This document shows, one piece after another, positions 12,866 to 26,605 of a stretch of DNA of 64,000 bases. A program made the position numbers and the translations under genes. Where the stretch lies: assembly GCA_000004695.1 (NCBI GenBank), contig CM000152.2, positions 1,792,001-1,856,000 on the forward strand, read 5' to 3'. Below the pieces are notes generated by a model. The model was not told where the DNA came from. It saw only the letters and a program-made list of their open reading frames with translations, and made no database searches. Source of the stretch: Dictyostelium discoideum. Lineage: Eukaryota. The first letter of the stretch is position 1, and every line of letters starts with the position of its first letter.

Positions 12866-13333
12866 TCTTTTTTATATGAAAAATGAAATAATCAAAAAAA
12901 GAGATTGTTGTTGTTGTTTGTTTTTTTTCGATCTGATTATTTTTTGCTTTTTTTTGAAAATTTTGCTACGCAAAATTCTCAAAACGAAACAAATAATAAA
13001 TTACAATAAAGTAAAAAGATGGCTTTTTAAGATAGTTTATTTATTTATTTATTTGTTTTTTAAGTCTTTTTTATATGAAAAATGAAATAATCAAAAAAAG
13101 AGATTGTTGTTGTTGTTTGTTTTTTTTCGATCTGATTATTTTTTGCTTTTTTTTGAAAATTTTGCTACGCAAAATTCTCAAAACGAAACAAATAATAAAT
13201 TACAATAAAGTAAAAAGATGGCTTTTTAAGATAGTTTATTTATTTATTTATTTGTTTTTTAAGTCTTTTTTATATGAAAAATGAAATAATCAAAAAAAGA
13301 GATTGTTGTTGTTGTTTGTTTTTTTTCGATCTC
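12865..13333 (-). repeat. TRE5-A A-module tandem array, about 2.4 units of ~199 bp (copy 1 5' end).
   Basis: Units start at 12865, 13064 and 13262 with aagtcttttttatatgaaaaatgaaataatc. The same unit repeats at 15501..15949. Confidence 0.8.
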
Positions 13334-13347
13334 ATTGGTGATTAATC
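13334..13347. repeat. 14-bp direct repeat attggtgattaatc, copy 2 of 3, at the junction between the copy-1 5' end and the copy-2 3' oligo(A).
   Basis: See 7457..7470. Confidence 0.5.
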
Positions 13348-13689
13348 TTTTTTTTTTTTTTTTTTTTTTTTTTTGAATTGGATAACGCAATTATTATTTG
13401 CTTCTCCTTGAGATGCTAGATCTCATTTTATTTTTTTTTTTTTTTTACAGGGTCTTTTTGATTAAAACATCTTTTTTGTCCAAACTTTTTTCTAAATCTT
13501 TTTTTATTTTATCGTCTGGTTCGTGATTGATGTTTATGACGTATTTGAATTGTTTTTTTTTTTTTAATTGAGTTTTATCCACAATTTCGCTTATTTTTTG
13601 TAGGCATTTGTGTTGCTTAATATTTGTGGTGTTGTTTGTGATTTTCATTTTATTTTCTTTCTATCTTTTTTATTTTTCTGATTAACTTG

Positions 13690-13748
<59 letters not shown>

Positions 13749-13750
<2 letters not shown>

Positions 13751-13836
13751 TTATAGAAAGTACTGAGTGAATTATTGTATTTTTTGAGATGTTTAGGAAG
13801 TTCTATTGCGGGTGTTGATGATGATTTGTGACACCC
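13749..13836 (-). pseudogene. ORF2 remnant of copy 2. The last ~20 codons of ORF2 are fused to its first ~8 codons, with the deletion junction at 13810/13811; about 3.1 kb is missing relative to copy 1.
   Basis: 13741..13810 matches 7975..8043 of copy 1 (..ttaggaagttctattgcg). 13811 onwards (ggtgttgatgatgatttgtgacacc) matches 11173 onwards of copy 1. Confidence 0.7.
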
Positions 13837-14046
13837 CTTGTCCTGTTTTATCAATTGGTGCGTGGTGTGTTATTTTGTTTTTATATTGTTGATTTATTGA
13901 GTAAATTTTATTTGTTTTTATATTTGTTTCAGTTAGAAGTGCTGCGTCCAGCTTGTTGTTGTCTAAAACGGTGTTTATTATGCTGGCAGATTGGATGGTG
14001 TTGGATCCTTGGACGTTCCAAACACCTATTCTTATTGTGTTTTTCT

Positions 14047-15381
14047 TTATAGTTTTATTTGGGGTAGATTTTTATCTACCTTTTGAAGTTTCTGGTTTAT
14101 TTTGTCTTCTAACTGATCTTTACTTTGTTCGTTGTGTTGTTGGTCTTGTGTGTTTGTGGGGTTTTTTGATTTATTGATTTGTTTTAGAATTTCCTTGTTG
14201 AAGTTGTCTATATCTTCATCCATTTTTGTTTTTATGCTTTTTTGTCCATATTCACCCAATTTTGGTTTGACTGGTGTTTTGTTGGTCTTGTTTGTTTTGT
14301 CTTGTTGTTTCTTTTTTGGTGTGTTTAACAATTTACTTGGTGAATCGATAATTTTCGATGGTGTACCATAAGTTGGGCTGAAACTCATGATATGTTTTAT
14401 TGGAGAGGAGAAGAACCATTGATTTGAAGGGATTGAAAGTGGGAATTCTATTTTTCTTATTGCATCAGTGTTTGGGCTGGTGAAGTCGAAGATATCATTT
14501 GCCTCTCTAAGTTTTTCTTCCGTTGTTAGTCCCTTTGTTTCGCCGTGTTGTTTTATTGGTGTATTGTATGGAGATGGTGGTTCAATAGGTTTTTCTGATT
14601 TTGTTTTAATTTCTTGATTGTTTATCGATTGTGTATTGATCTCATTCTCTATTCTTGTTAGTTCATCTACGTTTTCTAGTGATGCTTCTATTACCTTTTG
14701 AGCTGTATCATCTAGGGCCATAAATGTTTTATCATTAGATGAGGATGTGATTGGTGGGATAATGATTGTTCTTTTTCCTTGTTTTGGTATTTGTTCTGAT
14801 GTAGATTGTGGTTGTTGTTCATCTGATTGTTTTTTATTTTTGTTTTCTTCTTGATTTTCTGGTAATGAGGTTTGATCTCTCCATCCTTTGTTGGAGTGTC
14901 CAATTAATGTTAGATTGTCTAGTTCAATGATAGTGTCAAATTCTTCTACGACTCTTTTCACTGTTTTGATAATTAGAGTTTCGCCTTTAATTTCTGATTT
15001 AATTAGTTTACATCCTTCATTTTCTATTACCCATTCTATTTCTGTGAGTGATTTATACCAATCAAAATCTGTATACATATTTTTTGGTCTTATAGTGGTT
15101 ATAAATTGTCCTTTTAATTCTGCATCAAACATATTTACAAAATAGATTACTGTACTAATACTGTCTGTGAGAATTTTGAATGTATTATTACTTTTGATTA
15201 AAACATCTTTTTTGTCCAAACTTTTTTCTAAATCTTTTTTTATTTTATCGTCTGGTTCGTGATTGATGTTTATGACGTATTTGAATTGTTTTTTTTTTAA
15301 TTGAGTTTTATCCACAATTTCGCTTATTTTTTGTAGGCATTTGTGTTGCTTAATATTTGTGGTGTTGTTTGTGATTTTCAT
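14047..15381 (-). CDS. TRE5-A ORF1 protein (444 aa), copy 2.
   Basis: Complete ORF differing from copy 1 at only a few residues (e.g. TTIRPKN vs TTLRPKN, EEFDTII vs EEYDTII, ETKGLT vs ETKRLT). Confidence 0.8.
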   Translation of the reverse strand: MKITNNTTNIKQHKCLQKISEIVDKTQLKKKQFKYVININHEPDDKIKKDLEKSLDKKDVLIKSNNTFKILTDSISTVIYFVNMFDAELKGQFITTIRPKNMYTDFDWYKSLTEIEWVIENEGCKLIKSEIKGETLIIKTVKRVVEEFDTIIELDNLTLIGHSNKGWRDQTSLPENQEENKNKKQSDEQQPQSTSEQIPKQGKRTIIIPPITSSSNDKTFMALDDTAQKVIEASLENVDELTRIENEINTQSINNQEIKTKSEKPIEPPSPYNTPIKQHGETKGLTTEEKLREANDIFDFTSPNTDAIRKIEFPLSIPSNQWFFSSPIKHIMSFSPTYGTPSKIIDSPSKLLNTPKKKQQDKTNKTNKTPVKPKLGEYGQKSIKTKMDEDIDNFNKEILKQINKSKNPTNTQDQQHNEQSKDQLEDKINQKLQKVDKNLPQIKL

Positions 15382-15457
15382 TTTATTTTCTTTCTATTTT
15401 TTTTATTTTTCTTTAAAAAGTTAAAAATCTGGAAATTTTCTAATTAACTTGGGTTCC

Positions 15458-15500
<43 letters not shown>

Positions 15501-15503
<3 letters not shown>

Positions 15504-15949
15504 TCTTTTTTATATGAAAAATGAAATAATCAAAAAAAGAGATTGTTGTTGTTGTTTGTTTTTTTCGATCTGATTATTTTTTGCTTTTTTTTTGAAAATT
15601 TTGCTACGCAAAATTCTCAAAACGAAACAAATAATAAATTACAATAAAGTAAAAAGATGGCTTTTTAAAATAGTTTATTTATTTATTTATTTGTTTTTTA
15701 AGTCTTTTTTATATGAAAAATGAAATAATCAAAAAAAGAGATTGTTGTTGTTGTTTGTTTTTTTCGATCTGATTATTTTTTGCTTTTTTTTTGAAAATTT
15801 TGCTACGCAAAATTCTCAAAACGAAACAAATAATAAATTACAATAAAGTAAAAAGATGGCTTTTTAAAATAGTTTATTTATTTATTTATTTGTTTTTTAA
15901 GTCTTTTTTATATGAAAAATGAAATAATCAAAAAAAGAGATTGTTGTTG
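15501..15949 (-). repeat. TRE5-A A-module tandem array, about 2.3 units (copy 2 5' end). The terminal unit is truncated about 20 bp earlier than in copy 1.
   Basis: Units start at 15501, about 15700 and about 15899. The array ends ...gagattgttgttg at 15949, immediately before the 14-bp repeat. Confidence 0.8.
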
Positions 15950-15963
15950 ATTGGTGATTAATC
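15950..15963. repeat. 14-bp direct repeat attggtgattaatc, copy 3 of 3, between the copy-2 5' end and the tRNA-Val upstream flank.
   Basis: See 7457..7470. It is followed by 32 bp of flank and then the tRNA at 15996. Confidence 0.5.
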
Positions 15964-15995
15964 TTAATGACATTCATAACAAAAAAATCATGTTT

Positions 15996-16069
15996 GGTTT
16001 GATGGTGTAGTTGGTTATCACGGTTGCTTTACACGCAACAGGTCTCGAGTTCGATCCTCGGTCGGATCA
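15996..16069 (+). tRNA. tRNA-Val, anticodon TAC (UAC), 74 nt.
   Basis: Hand-folded cloverleaf. Acceptor GGTTTGA/TCGGATC (3 G-U pairs). T8. D-arm GTGT-AGTTGGTTA-TCAC with G18G19. Anticodon stem GTTGC/GCAAC with loop TTTACAC (U33, anticodon TAC, A37). Variable loop AGGTC. T-arm TCGAG-TTCGATC-CTCGG. Discriminator A. It is followed by T5 (16074..16078), a Pol III terminator. It is strongly similar to eukaryotic tRNA-Val. Confidence 0.8.
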
Positions 16070-16073
16070 TATA

Positions 16074-16078
16074 TTTTT
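16074..16078 (+). terminator. Pol III oligo(T) terminator downstream of tRNA-Val.
   Basis: ttttt 5 nt after the discriminator base. Confidence 0.5.
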
Positions 16079-16147
16079 AAAATTTTACGGAAAATACTAA
16101 TTAAACTTTCCTTTAAAGGATAAGCTATGATTAATCATTATTAAAAA

Positions 16148-16658
16148 CTAAATAAACAATAAGCAAAAAGTAATCAACCTTGCATTAAAAAAAAAAATTT
16201 TTTTTTTTTTTTTTTTTTTTGTAATTATAAATCCCCGACATTCAATTTCCCATGGCCAGATGGTGTAGTCCCTTATAACACTATCACAAACAGAATTACA
16301 CATATAATCCCACGAAACATCAAAAAGGATCATAAGGTTAACATAGACTACGTAAATCTTCCAAGTTTTATTACCAAAATCCACATAGAAATCATCAAAC
16401 TCCTGTTTTATTTAGTAGGCTTTGAATTGGTAGTATATCTCTAGATAATTCATCTAAACATTCTATCATATAATTAAATACCATAGGATTCCAATCCTGT
16501 TGACCTTTACTATAGAGTTGATTCCTTGATAAATCCATTGAATTAAAGCCAAGGCATACCAATTCATTATTTTTGATATACCCCTTGCTATTGTTGATTC
16601 TATTAAGAGACATTTTAAATACACGATCTTCTTTTTTAATATTTTTTTTGACCAACAT
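16148..16658 (-). other. Coding-like, relatively GC-richer segment with two adjacent minus-strand ORFs in different frames (87 aa, 16395..16658; 78 aa, 16148..16384). It may be a frameshifted gene, pseudogene or retroelement relic about 190 bp downstream of the tRNA.
   Basis: No canonical intron joins the frames. A +1 shift near 16395 would give a continuous ...PIQSLLNKTGEFDDFYVDFGNKTWKIYVVYVN... The second ORF start is GTG. No domain recognised. Confidence 0.2.
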
Positions 16659-16896
16659 TATTTATTTAGCGAATTTTTCATTTTGCTATGACATTATATT
16701 TAAAAAATAAAAATAAAATAATAAAAAAAAAAAATTAAATAATTATTTTCATTTGATTTTACATTTTAAATATTGTTCAGGGCAGATTTTTTCCAATTTC
16801 TTACTACACCATTTTATTTTTTCAAATAATAAATTCCCAAAAATTAATTAATTAAAACAAACATAAATTTATTTTTAAAAAATTATTATATTAGTT

Positions 16897-16935
<39 letters not shown>

Positions 16936-16943
16936 AATTGGAA

Positions 16944-16979
<36 letters not shown>

Positions 16980-17064
16980 ACTTAACCGAAATCTTTTTCG
17001 TTTTTCATTTTTTTTTTTTTTTTTTATCCATTTTTTTTTTTTTTTAATATATCCAAACCAATAA

Positions 17065-19425
17065 ATGAGTAATAATATAAAGTTTTTACAATGTTTTAAA
17101 TTTGTCAAAAATTTAAATTTAATAAATAATGTGAAACCAAGTTATAATATCAATAAAAACCAATTTAAAACTACACCAATACCCACAATTAAAACTTTAT
17201 CAACAAATATCAATATTTTAAATAATTTTGAATTTGAGAAAAATGAAAATATAAAATTTTTTTCAACATTTAATAAATTTAGTAGAGGTGGTGGTGTTTC
17301 ACTAAAGAAATCTGGAACTACTACTAATAATAATAAAACAAAAGAATTAACAGAATCAACATCAGATTCAACAAATGAAAATGGATATAAATTTAATTTT
17401 ATAAATCCAGATTCAATTGCACCATTTAAACCAAGACATTTACCATATGAAACTACAACTGATTTAGATTTTTTAGTACCACCAGGGTTAACACCAATTG
17501 AATCAAGTGAAACATTAAATAAATATTTAAAATTGGCAAAAGCATTATCAGCAATTGGTTTTGAACATCAAGAGAATGAAAAATGGGAAGAAGCATTGGA
17601 ATCCTATAATAAAGCATTATTTTATATTAGAAATATATTTGCATCTGAAAAAACTAGAGATAAAATTGATTTACGTGATTTTGCATTGTTATTAAGTAAT
17701 TCAGCAGAATCCTATTCAAGGGTTGATAAAATGACAGATGCAATGACACGTTCAAAACAATCGATTGATTTATTGGAAGTTTATTGGAAAAATCAAGTTT
17801 TACAATTTTCAAGTTCAAAACCATCAATAAGATCAATGTGGAAAAAAGATGAAATGTTGGGAGTTTTTTGTAGTAATTATTCAGAGTATTTAATTTTCGA
17901 TAATAAATTTGAAGAGGCAGAACCATATCTAGTTAGAGCACATGAAATTTTAGAGAAAATTTATCCACTCAATCATCCAGTTAATATTGAAATTGGTATT
18001 TCATTAGTAAAAGTTTTAAATGAAATGGGTAGATCAAAAGAGGTTGAAAAAATCTTTGAAAAGTATGGTGATACAATAACTGATGCAATGGGCAAAACTG
18101 AAGAATTTAAACATATCTCTGAAAAGGTTGAAACTGATATTAAACATCAAATGATTGAACAAATTAAAGATCAATATCCTGAATTAGGTTTAGATCATAA
18201 AGATTTTGAAGATGATGATGGTCAAGAAGATATTGAAAGAGATAAATATTTAGATGATAAAGAAAAACTTAATCAATATATTGAAAATAATAATGGTGAT
18301 TTAATTGAATATGATGAAAATGGTAATTTAACTTTTAAAAATAATAAAAATAGAAAAGATGATCAAGATGATGATGAAGATAATAATATAAAAGTAAAAT
18401 CAAAATATAGTGAATTAGAATTTGATATAAATGATTTATTATTATTAGAACAAGATAAAATTGAATCAAAGCAACAAGAAATGGAAATAAGAAAACAAAA
18501 AAGAAATAATGGTGAATTATTATTAGATCAAGAAGATGATGATAATGATGAAGATTTACAATTTAAAGAAAGAGATTTTGATGAATTAAATAATGAAGAT
18601 GATGATGACGATTTTGATTTAGATTTTGGTGATGAAGGTGATGAAGATGAAGGTGATCGTGAAGATTTAGGTAGAGAAGAAATTCATCCAAGAGAAGAGA
18701 TGTTAAATATAAAATTAGAACAAGATGAAGATTTAATGAAACAAAAAGGTATTAAAGTATTTTCAACACGTAAACCATTGGGAAATGTTTTAAATGAATT
18801 TGATTCACTATTTGATGAAGCCACTGAAAAGTATACAGAAATTCAAAATGAGAGAGTCATTGATCGTGAAGAACGTTTAATTAATAAACATTCAGGTATA
18901 CCAGAGAAAGTAATCTATAAAGATGGTAAAATCATTACACCAACCGATAAACACGGTGAACCAATTTCACAAGGTGCCATTGATAAATGGGGTAAATTCT
19001 ATGCTGAGGATTTAATTCAAGAAGATATCAATGAGGAGGAGGATGTATTAAATGATTACATTGGTAAAATGGGTAATCTAATGGAATCAATGTCAAAAAA
19101 AGAGTCAAATCAATTGGATAAAGAATTTAAATTAATGTATCCAAAATTTAAAAAATTATTATCTCAACCAAATCCTGAAAGATATTTAAATACTTCATTA
19201 ATGGATGTTGAAGAGGATGAAAAACAAAGAAAAGAATTAATAATTCAAGAAATTAAAGAAATTAAACAATATTTACAAGAATTAAAAGATGAAGGTTATG
19301 ATGATAATGGTATTAATGATGAATCAATTGACGATGATGATGATAATTCTTTTTTAGAAAATGATTATGATTTTATTAATGAAGAAAATGATGATAAAGA
19401 AATAAATAATAATAAAAATATTATT

Positions 19426-19483
<58 letters not shown>

Positions 19484-19995
19484 GTAATAATAATAATATT
19501 TCAGAAACAAATTATATAGATTTTATAAATACAGCTAGAGAACTCAATTTTGATGAAGATAAAATTATTAAAAAAATTGGTGAAAGAGAATTTGAAAATT
19601 TACAAAATCGTTTTAATATTAATCAAGAAAATGATGATGATGAAGAAAAATTAATAAGTGATATTTTTAATAATAATAATAGTAATTCAAATCCAAATAA
19701 AAAACAACAAAAACAAAATCAAATTCAAGAAGATGATGAAACAGAATCTTTTGATGATGATAATGATGATGATTCTTTAAGAGGCTTATTAAAAGAACTT
19801 GAAGAATTAGATGGAGATCAATCATATGATGATGATGAAACTATTGATTTAGAAGGATTTGAAGATTTGGATGATTTGGATGATGACCAAGTTGTCGATG
19901 AGAGTAATCCAGAAAAAGATTTGGAAAAATATTTGAAAAAAGTTTCAAAAACTAATTCATTTAAAGAATTTATTGATGATATTAAAAAGAAATAA
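17065..19995 (+). CDS. Hypothetical 976-aa protein with an N-terminal presequence-like region, a TPR-like helical segment and a long acidic D/E-rich C-terminal half; single exon.
   Basis: ATG at 17065, continuous ORF to TAA at 19993..19995. KWEEALESYNKALFYIRN is TPR-like. Contains a (AAT)n Asn tract. Confidence 0.7.
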
Positions 19996-20134
19996 AATAA
20001 TATATTTCTTTTTTTGTTCAAAAAAAAAAAAAATAATAATAATAATAATTATAATAATAATAATAATAATATTTTCAATCAGAATTAATTATTAATTATT
20101 ATTTTATTTTTTATTTTTTTTTTTTTTATTTTGA

Positions 20135-20461
20135 TTAAGGTTTATAAAAGTATCCATTATTATTTATAAATAAAATTCTAAATTTATCATTATTGGACAC
20201 AGTTATCTCTAATACATTTTGAAATGGTTGTTCTTTTCTAATAAAATCTTTTTGATATTGATTTTTTAAATTTAATTTTGATCCTAATACTTTAGAGTTT
20301 TTTTTTCTTTTAACACATTTAAATGAATTCAATGGGGGAGCTAAAATTATAAATAATAAAAAAAAAAAAAAAAAGAAAAAAAAAAAAAATGGAGTTTAGT
20401 AAGGTTTTTTTTTATTTTTAAAAAAAATTTTAATTATTCTAATAGTACTTAGGAAGTCCAT
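20135..20461 (-). CDS. Possible small 2-exon gene (about 72 aa): join(20135..20340,20449..20461).
   Basis: The ORF 20135..20332 starts at TTG, not ATG. Upstream, ATGGACTTCCTAA|gtacta (ATG at 20461) could splice to aattttag|CTCCCCCATTG (acceptor AG at 20342/20341) with matching phase (1+2). The donor is non-canonical and no homology is recognised. Confidence 0.2.
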
Positions 20462-20862
20462 ATTGAAGATATTTTTTATAGAAAAAAAAAAAATAGGGAT
20501 AAAATATTATTTTTAAGTTTGGCCGTATATAAAAATATCAGCTGAATATTAATCTTTAAAGTGCTGAAAATTAATTTTATTCAGCTCTGGTTTGGCTTTT
20601 TTTTTTTCTGTACGAATCCTCTTAAATAAATGGGAATGTGTTTTTTTTTTTTTGGGTGTTTGGGAAAAAAAAAAAAAAAAAAAAAATTTATATTAAAAAA
20701 ATATACTGATTAAAATTCTTTTTTTTTTTCTATTAATCAGCACAAAGATAAGTAAAAAAATATTATTTCGTTATTGTGTAATGGTTTTTTTAAACTTTTA
20801 AACTTTTTTAAATTTAAAGAGGTGTTCTGTTTTGTGCATCCTAGAGAAACGAAAATATATCG

Positions 20863-20897
<35 letters not shown>

Positions 20898-21412
20898 AGG
20901 TTAAAAATATCATGAAACCATTTATGATTTTATTAAATTATTTTGGGGGTTGATTTTTGTGTTTTAAATTTAAGAAAATAATATATAGTAATAATAATAA
21001 AAAAAAAAATAAAAAAAATATTATTATTTAAAATATAAAAATAAAATATTCTTATTTAATTTTCTAAAAAAACAATATGAATTGATCATTCCTAGATTTC
21101 CAATTAATTTTTTTTATTTTTTTTATTTCAGTTTTTGGTTGGCCAAATTAAAATTTAATGGGCTGGAAAAAAAAAAAATGGTTTGATTATTTTAAAATTT
21201 TTTTTTATTAAAAAAATCTCAATACTTCGAAATATTTTATTTCCCATGCTTTTTCTTAAAAAAAAAAGTTTGCAAAGATTTTTTCTGTTTCAATCACACA
21301 AACAATGGTTTTTAATTATTTTTTTTTTTGTAATATTTTTTTTTTTTTTTTTTTTATATATTTTTTTTCTCATTTTTAATTAAAAAAAAAAAAAAAAAAA
21401 TAATTAATCAAT

Positions 21413-21462
<50 letters not shown>

Positions 21463-21504
21463 TAATAATAATAAAAATTAATATAAATAATAAAATTTCC
21501 AACA

Positions 21505-21921
21505 ATGAATTTTGATAATAAAAATAAAAATGATAATTATCAAGAATCAATTCAAAGAATAGTAAATCAAAGAAATAATCTTTTAAAAGAGGTAAATTTA
21601 AATAATAATAATTTTTATTTTTATAATTTTTTAACAAATACTAATTTTTTAAAATATTATTATTATTTATACATTCCAGATAGAAAATAAAATCAATCAA
21701 CAATTTGGAAATGGTAACTATGAAACATTAATAAAATCAATTGAACTAATCTATGAAATTGAAGAGAAAATTAAAAGAATTAAAGAATTAAATAGTCTTC
21801 AATGTGACCTATTAGAATATATAAACCCAACTAATTCAATGGTACCAACTTCACCATTCTCTTCTCCTAATTTTCCTAATTCTAATATTGAAATTATTGA
21901 TCAAAAACAACATCATCAACA

Positions 21922-22012
<91 letters not shown>

Positions 22013-22489
22013 AAACAACAACAAAAACAACAGCAACAACAACTACAACAATCTCATACCAAACAATCACCTAAAAAACAAGGTCACAATTCAAAACAAC
22101 AATTTTTAACATCATTGGAAAAACATAAAGATCAAAAAGAAGAAAATGAAGAAAATGAAGAAAATGAAGAAAATGAAGAAAATGAAGAAAATGAAGAAAA
22201 TAAGGAAAAAGATGTAGAAGTTGCAAAATCAAATAAACCAAAAAGAGGTAGACCATCAAAACCAAAACCAGAATATTGCTTTCGTTATGGAACAAGATCT
22301 TGTCCATATTGGAGAAAAAATGTAATTAAAGGTGAGCTCGTTGATGTTTGTAATGCATGTGGTTTACATTTAATGAAAAAAGAAAAAAAAGACTTGATGG
22401 AGAAACAAAAAAACAGCATTAAAAATTTATTAAACAATGATGAAATTATAACAAACTATGATGACCTAGGTTTTGTATTATATAATTAA
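21505..22489 (+). CDS. GATA-type zinc-finger-like putative transcription factor with polyQ and (ENE)n tracts, 2 exons: join(21505..21591,21680..22489), about 299 aa.
   Basis: ATG at 21505. Donor GAG|gtaaat (21592). Acceptor attccag|ATAGAA (21680), in frame with ORF 21839..22489. C-terminus CFRYGTRSCPYWRKNVIKGELVDVCNACGLHLMKK (cf. CxNCxxTxTPLWRR....CNACGLY). Confidence 0.55.
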
Positions 22490-22828
22490 AAAAAAAAAAA
22501 AATGTAATAATAAAAAATAAAAAGAAATAAATCTGTAATATTAAAAATAAAACAAATAAATCTTAAATAGTTTTTTTTTAATAGACCCATGCCAATTTGG
22601 ATGTATTAATTTTTTATTTAAATATTTATAATTATACTGATCGAGATCTAAATTTATTAGATTTTATTTATCATTATTAAATAAAATAAATATATAAAAA
22701 ACAAAATACAAAAAATGAAAATATTAAAAATGTGTCTGAAAGGTTTCAGAATTAAATTTTAAAAAAAAAAACTAATATTTACAAATTTTTTTATTAATAT
22801 ATAAGGTTAAATAAGGATTAAAGAAGAG

Positions 22829-26189
<3,361 letters not shown>

Positions 26190-26573
26190 TTTTTTTTTTT
26201 TTTTTTTTTTTTTTTAGGAATATTTTTTTTTTTTTTTTTTTTTTTTGGTCTCCAATTTATATATAAGTATTTTTAAATTGTTTTAATGTTTCACATGTAA
26301 TTATATAATTTTATTAAGTGGATAAACGTATATTTTGTTTTTTTTTTGAATTGGGATGTGGTTTTTTTTTTTTTTTTGTTTTTTTATTTTTTTTTTTTTT
26401 TTTTTTGAAATAATAAAATTTTATAGGAATAAATAAAATATATTTTTTTTATTTAACCAAAAACAGGGATACTGAAATTCTGTATTTGATTTTAAAAAAT
26501 TAAATAAAAGAAATCCCATTTTTTTTATTTTTTTTTTTTTTAAAATTTGTGATCACCTGTATAAAATTAAATG

Positions 26574-26605
<32 letters not shown>

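Larger units (their letters stand above)
7471..13333 (-). mobile_element. Full-length TRE5-A.1-type tRNA-gene-targeted non-LTR (LINE-like) retrotransposon, copy 1, about 5.86 kb. Minus-strand order is A-module array, B-module, ORF1, ORF2, oligo(A), second B-module with ORF1 start, C-module, oligo(A).
   Basis: All modules are seen. The tandem ~199-bp A-modules lie at 12865..13333. ORF1 lies at 11409..12743. ORF2 lies at 7975..11196 and shows the APE motif ITGDFNVD, the RT FADD box and a C-terminal CCHC. The poly-T at 7913..7974 is oligo(A) on the element strand. The duplicated B-module with the ORF1 N-terminus lies at 7583..7912. The C-module lies at 7484..7563, followed by T13 at 7471..7483. 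Confidence 0.8.
13348..15949 (-). mobile_element. TRE5-A.2-type ORF2-deleted (non-autonomous) copy, about 2.6 kb (copy 2). Minus-strand order is A-module array, B-module, intact ORF1, ORF2 remnant, oligo(A), second B-module with ORF1 start, C-module, oligo(A).
   Basis: A-modules lie at 15501..15949. ORF1 lies at 14047..15381. Poly-T lies at 13683..13748. The B-module duplicate ORF lies at 13445..13648. The C-module lies at about 13376..13460 with T-run 13348..13375. The ORF2 3' end (13741..13810) is joined directly to the ORF2 start region (13811 onwards). Confidence 0.8.

Noticed and set aside
13348-15949. Copies 1 and 2 as one element with an internal duplication rather than two insertions.
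   Set aside because: Each copy has its own complete 3' terminus (B', C-module, oligo(A)) and 5' A-module array, and they are separated by the 14-bp repeat. Two complete element ends argue for two integration events.
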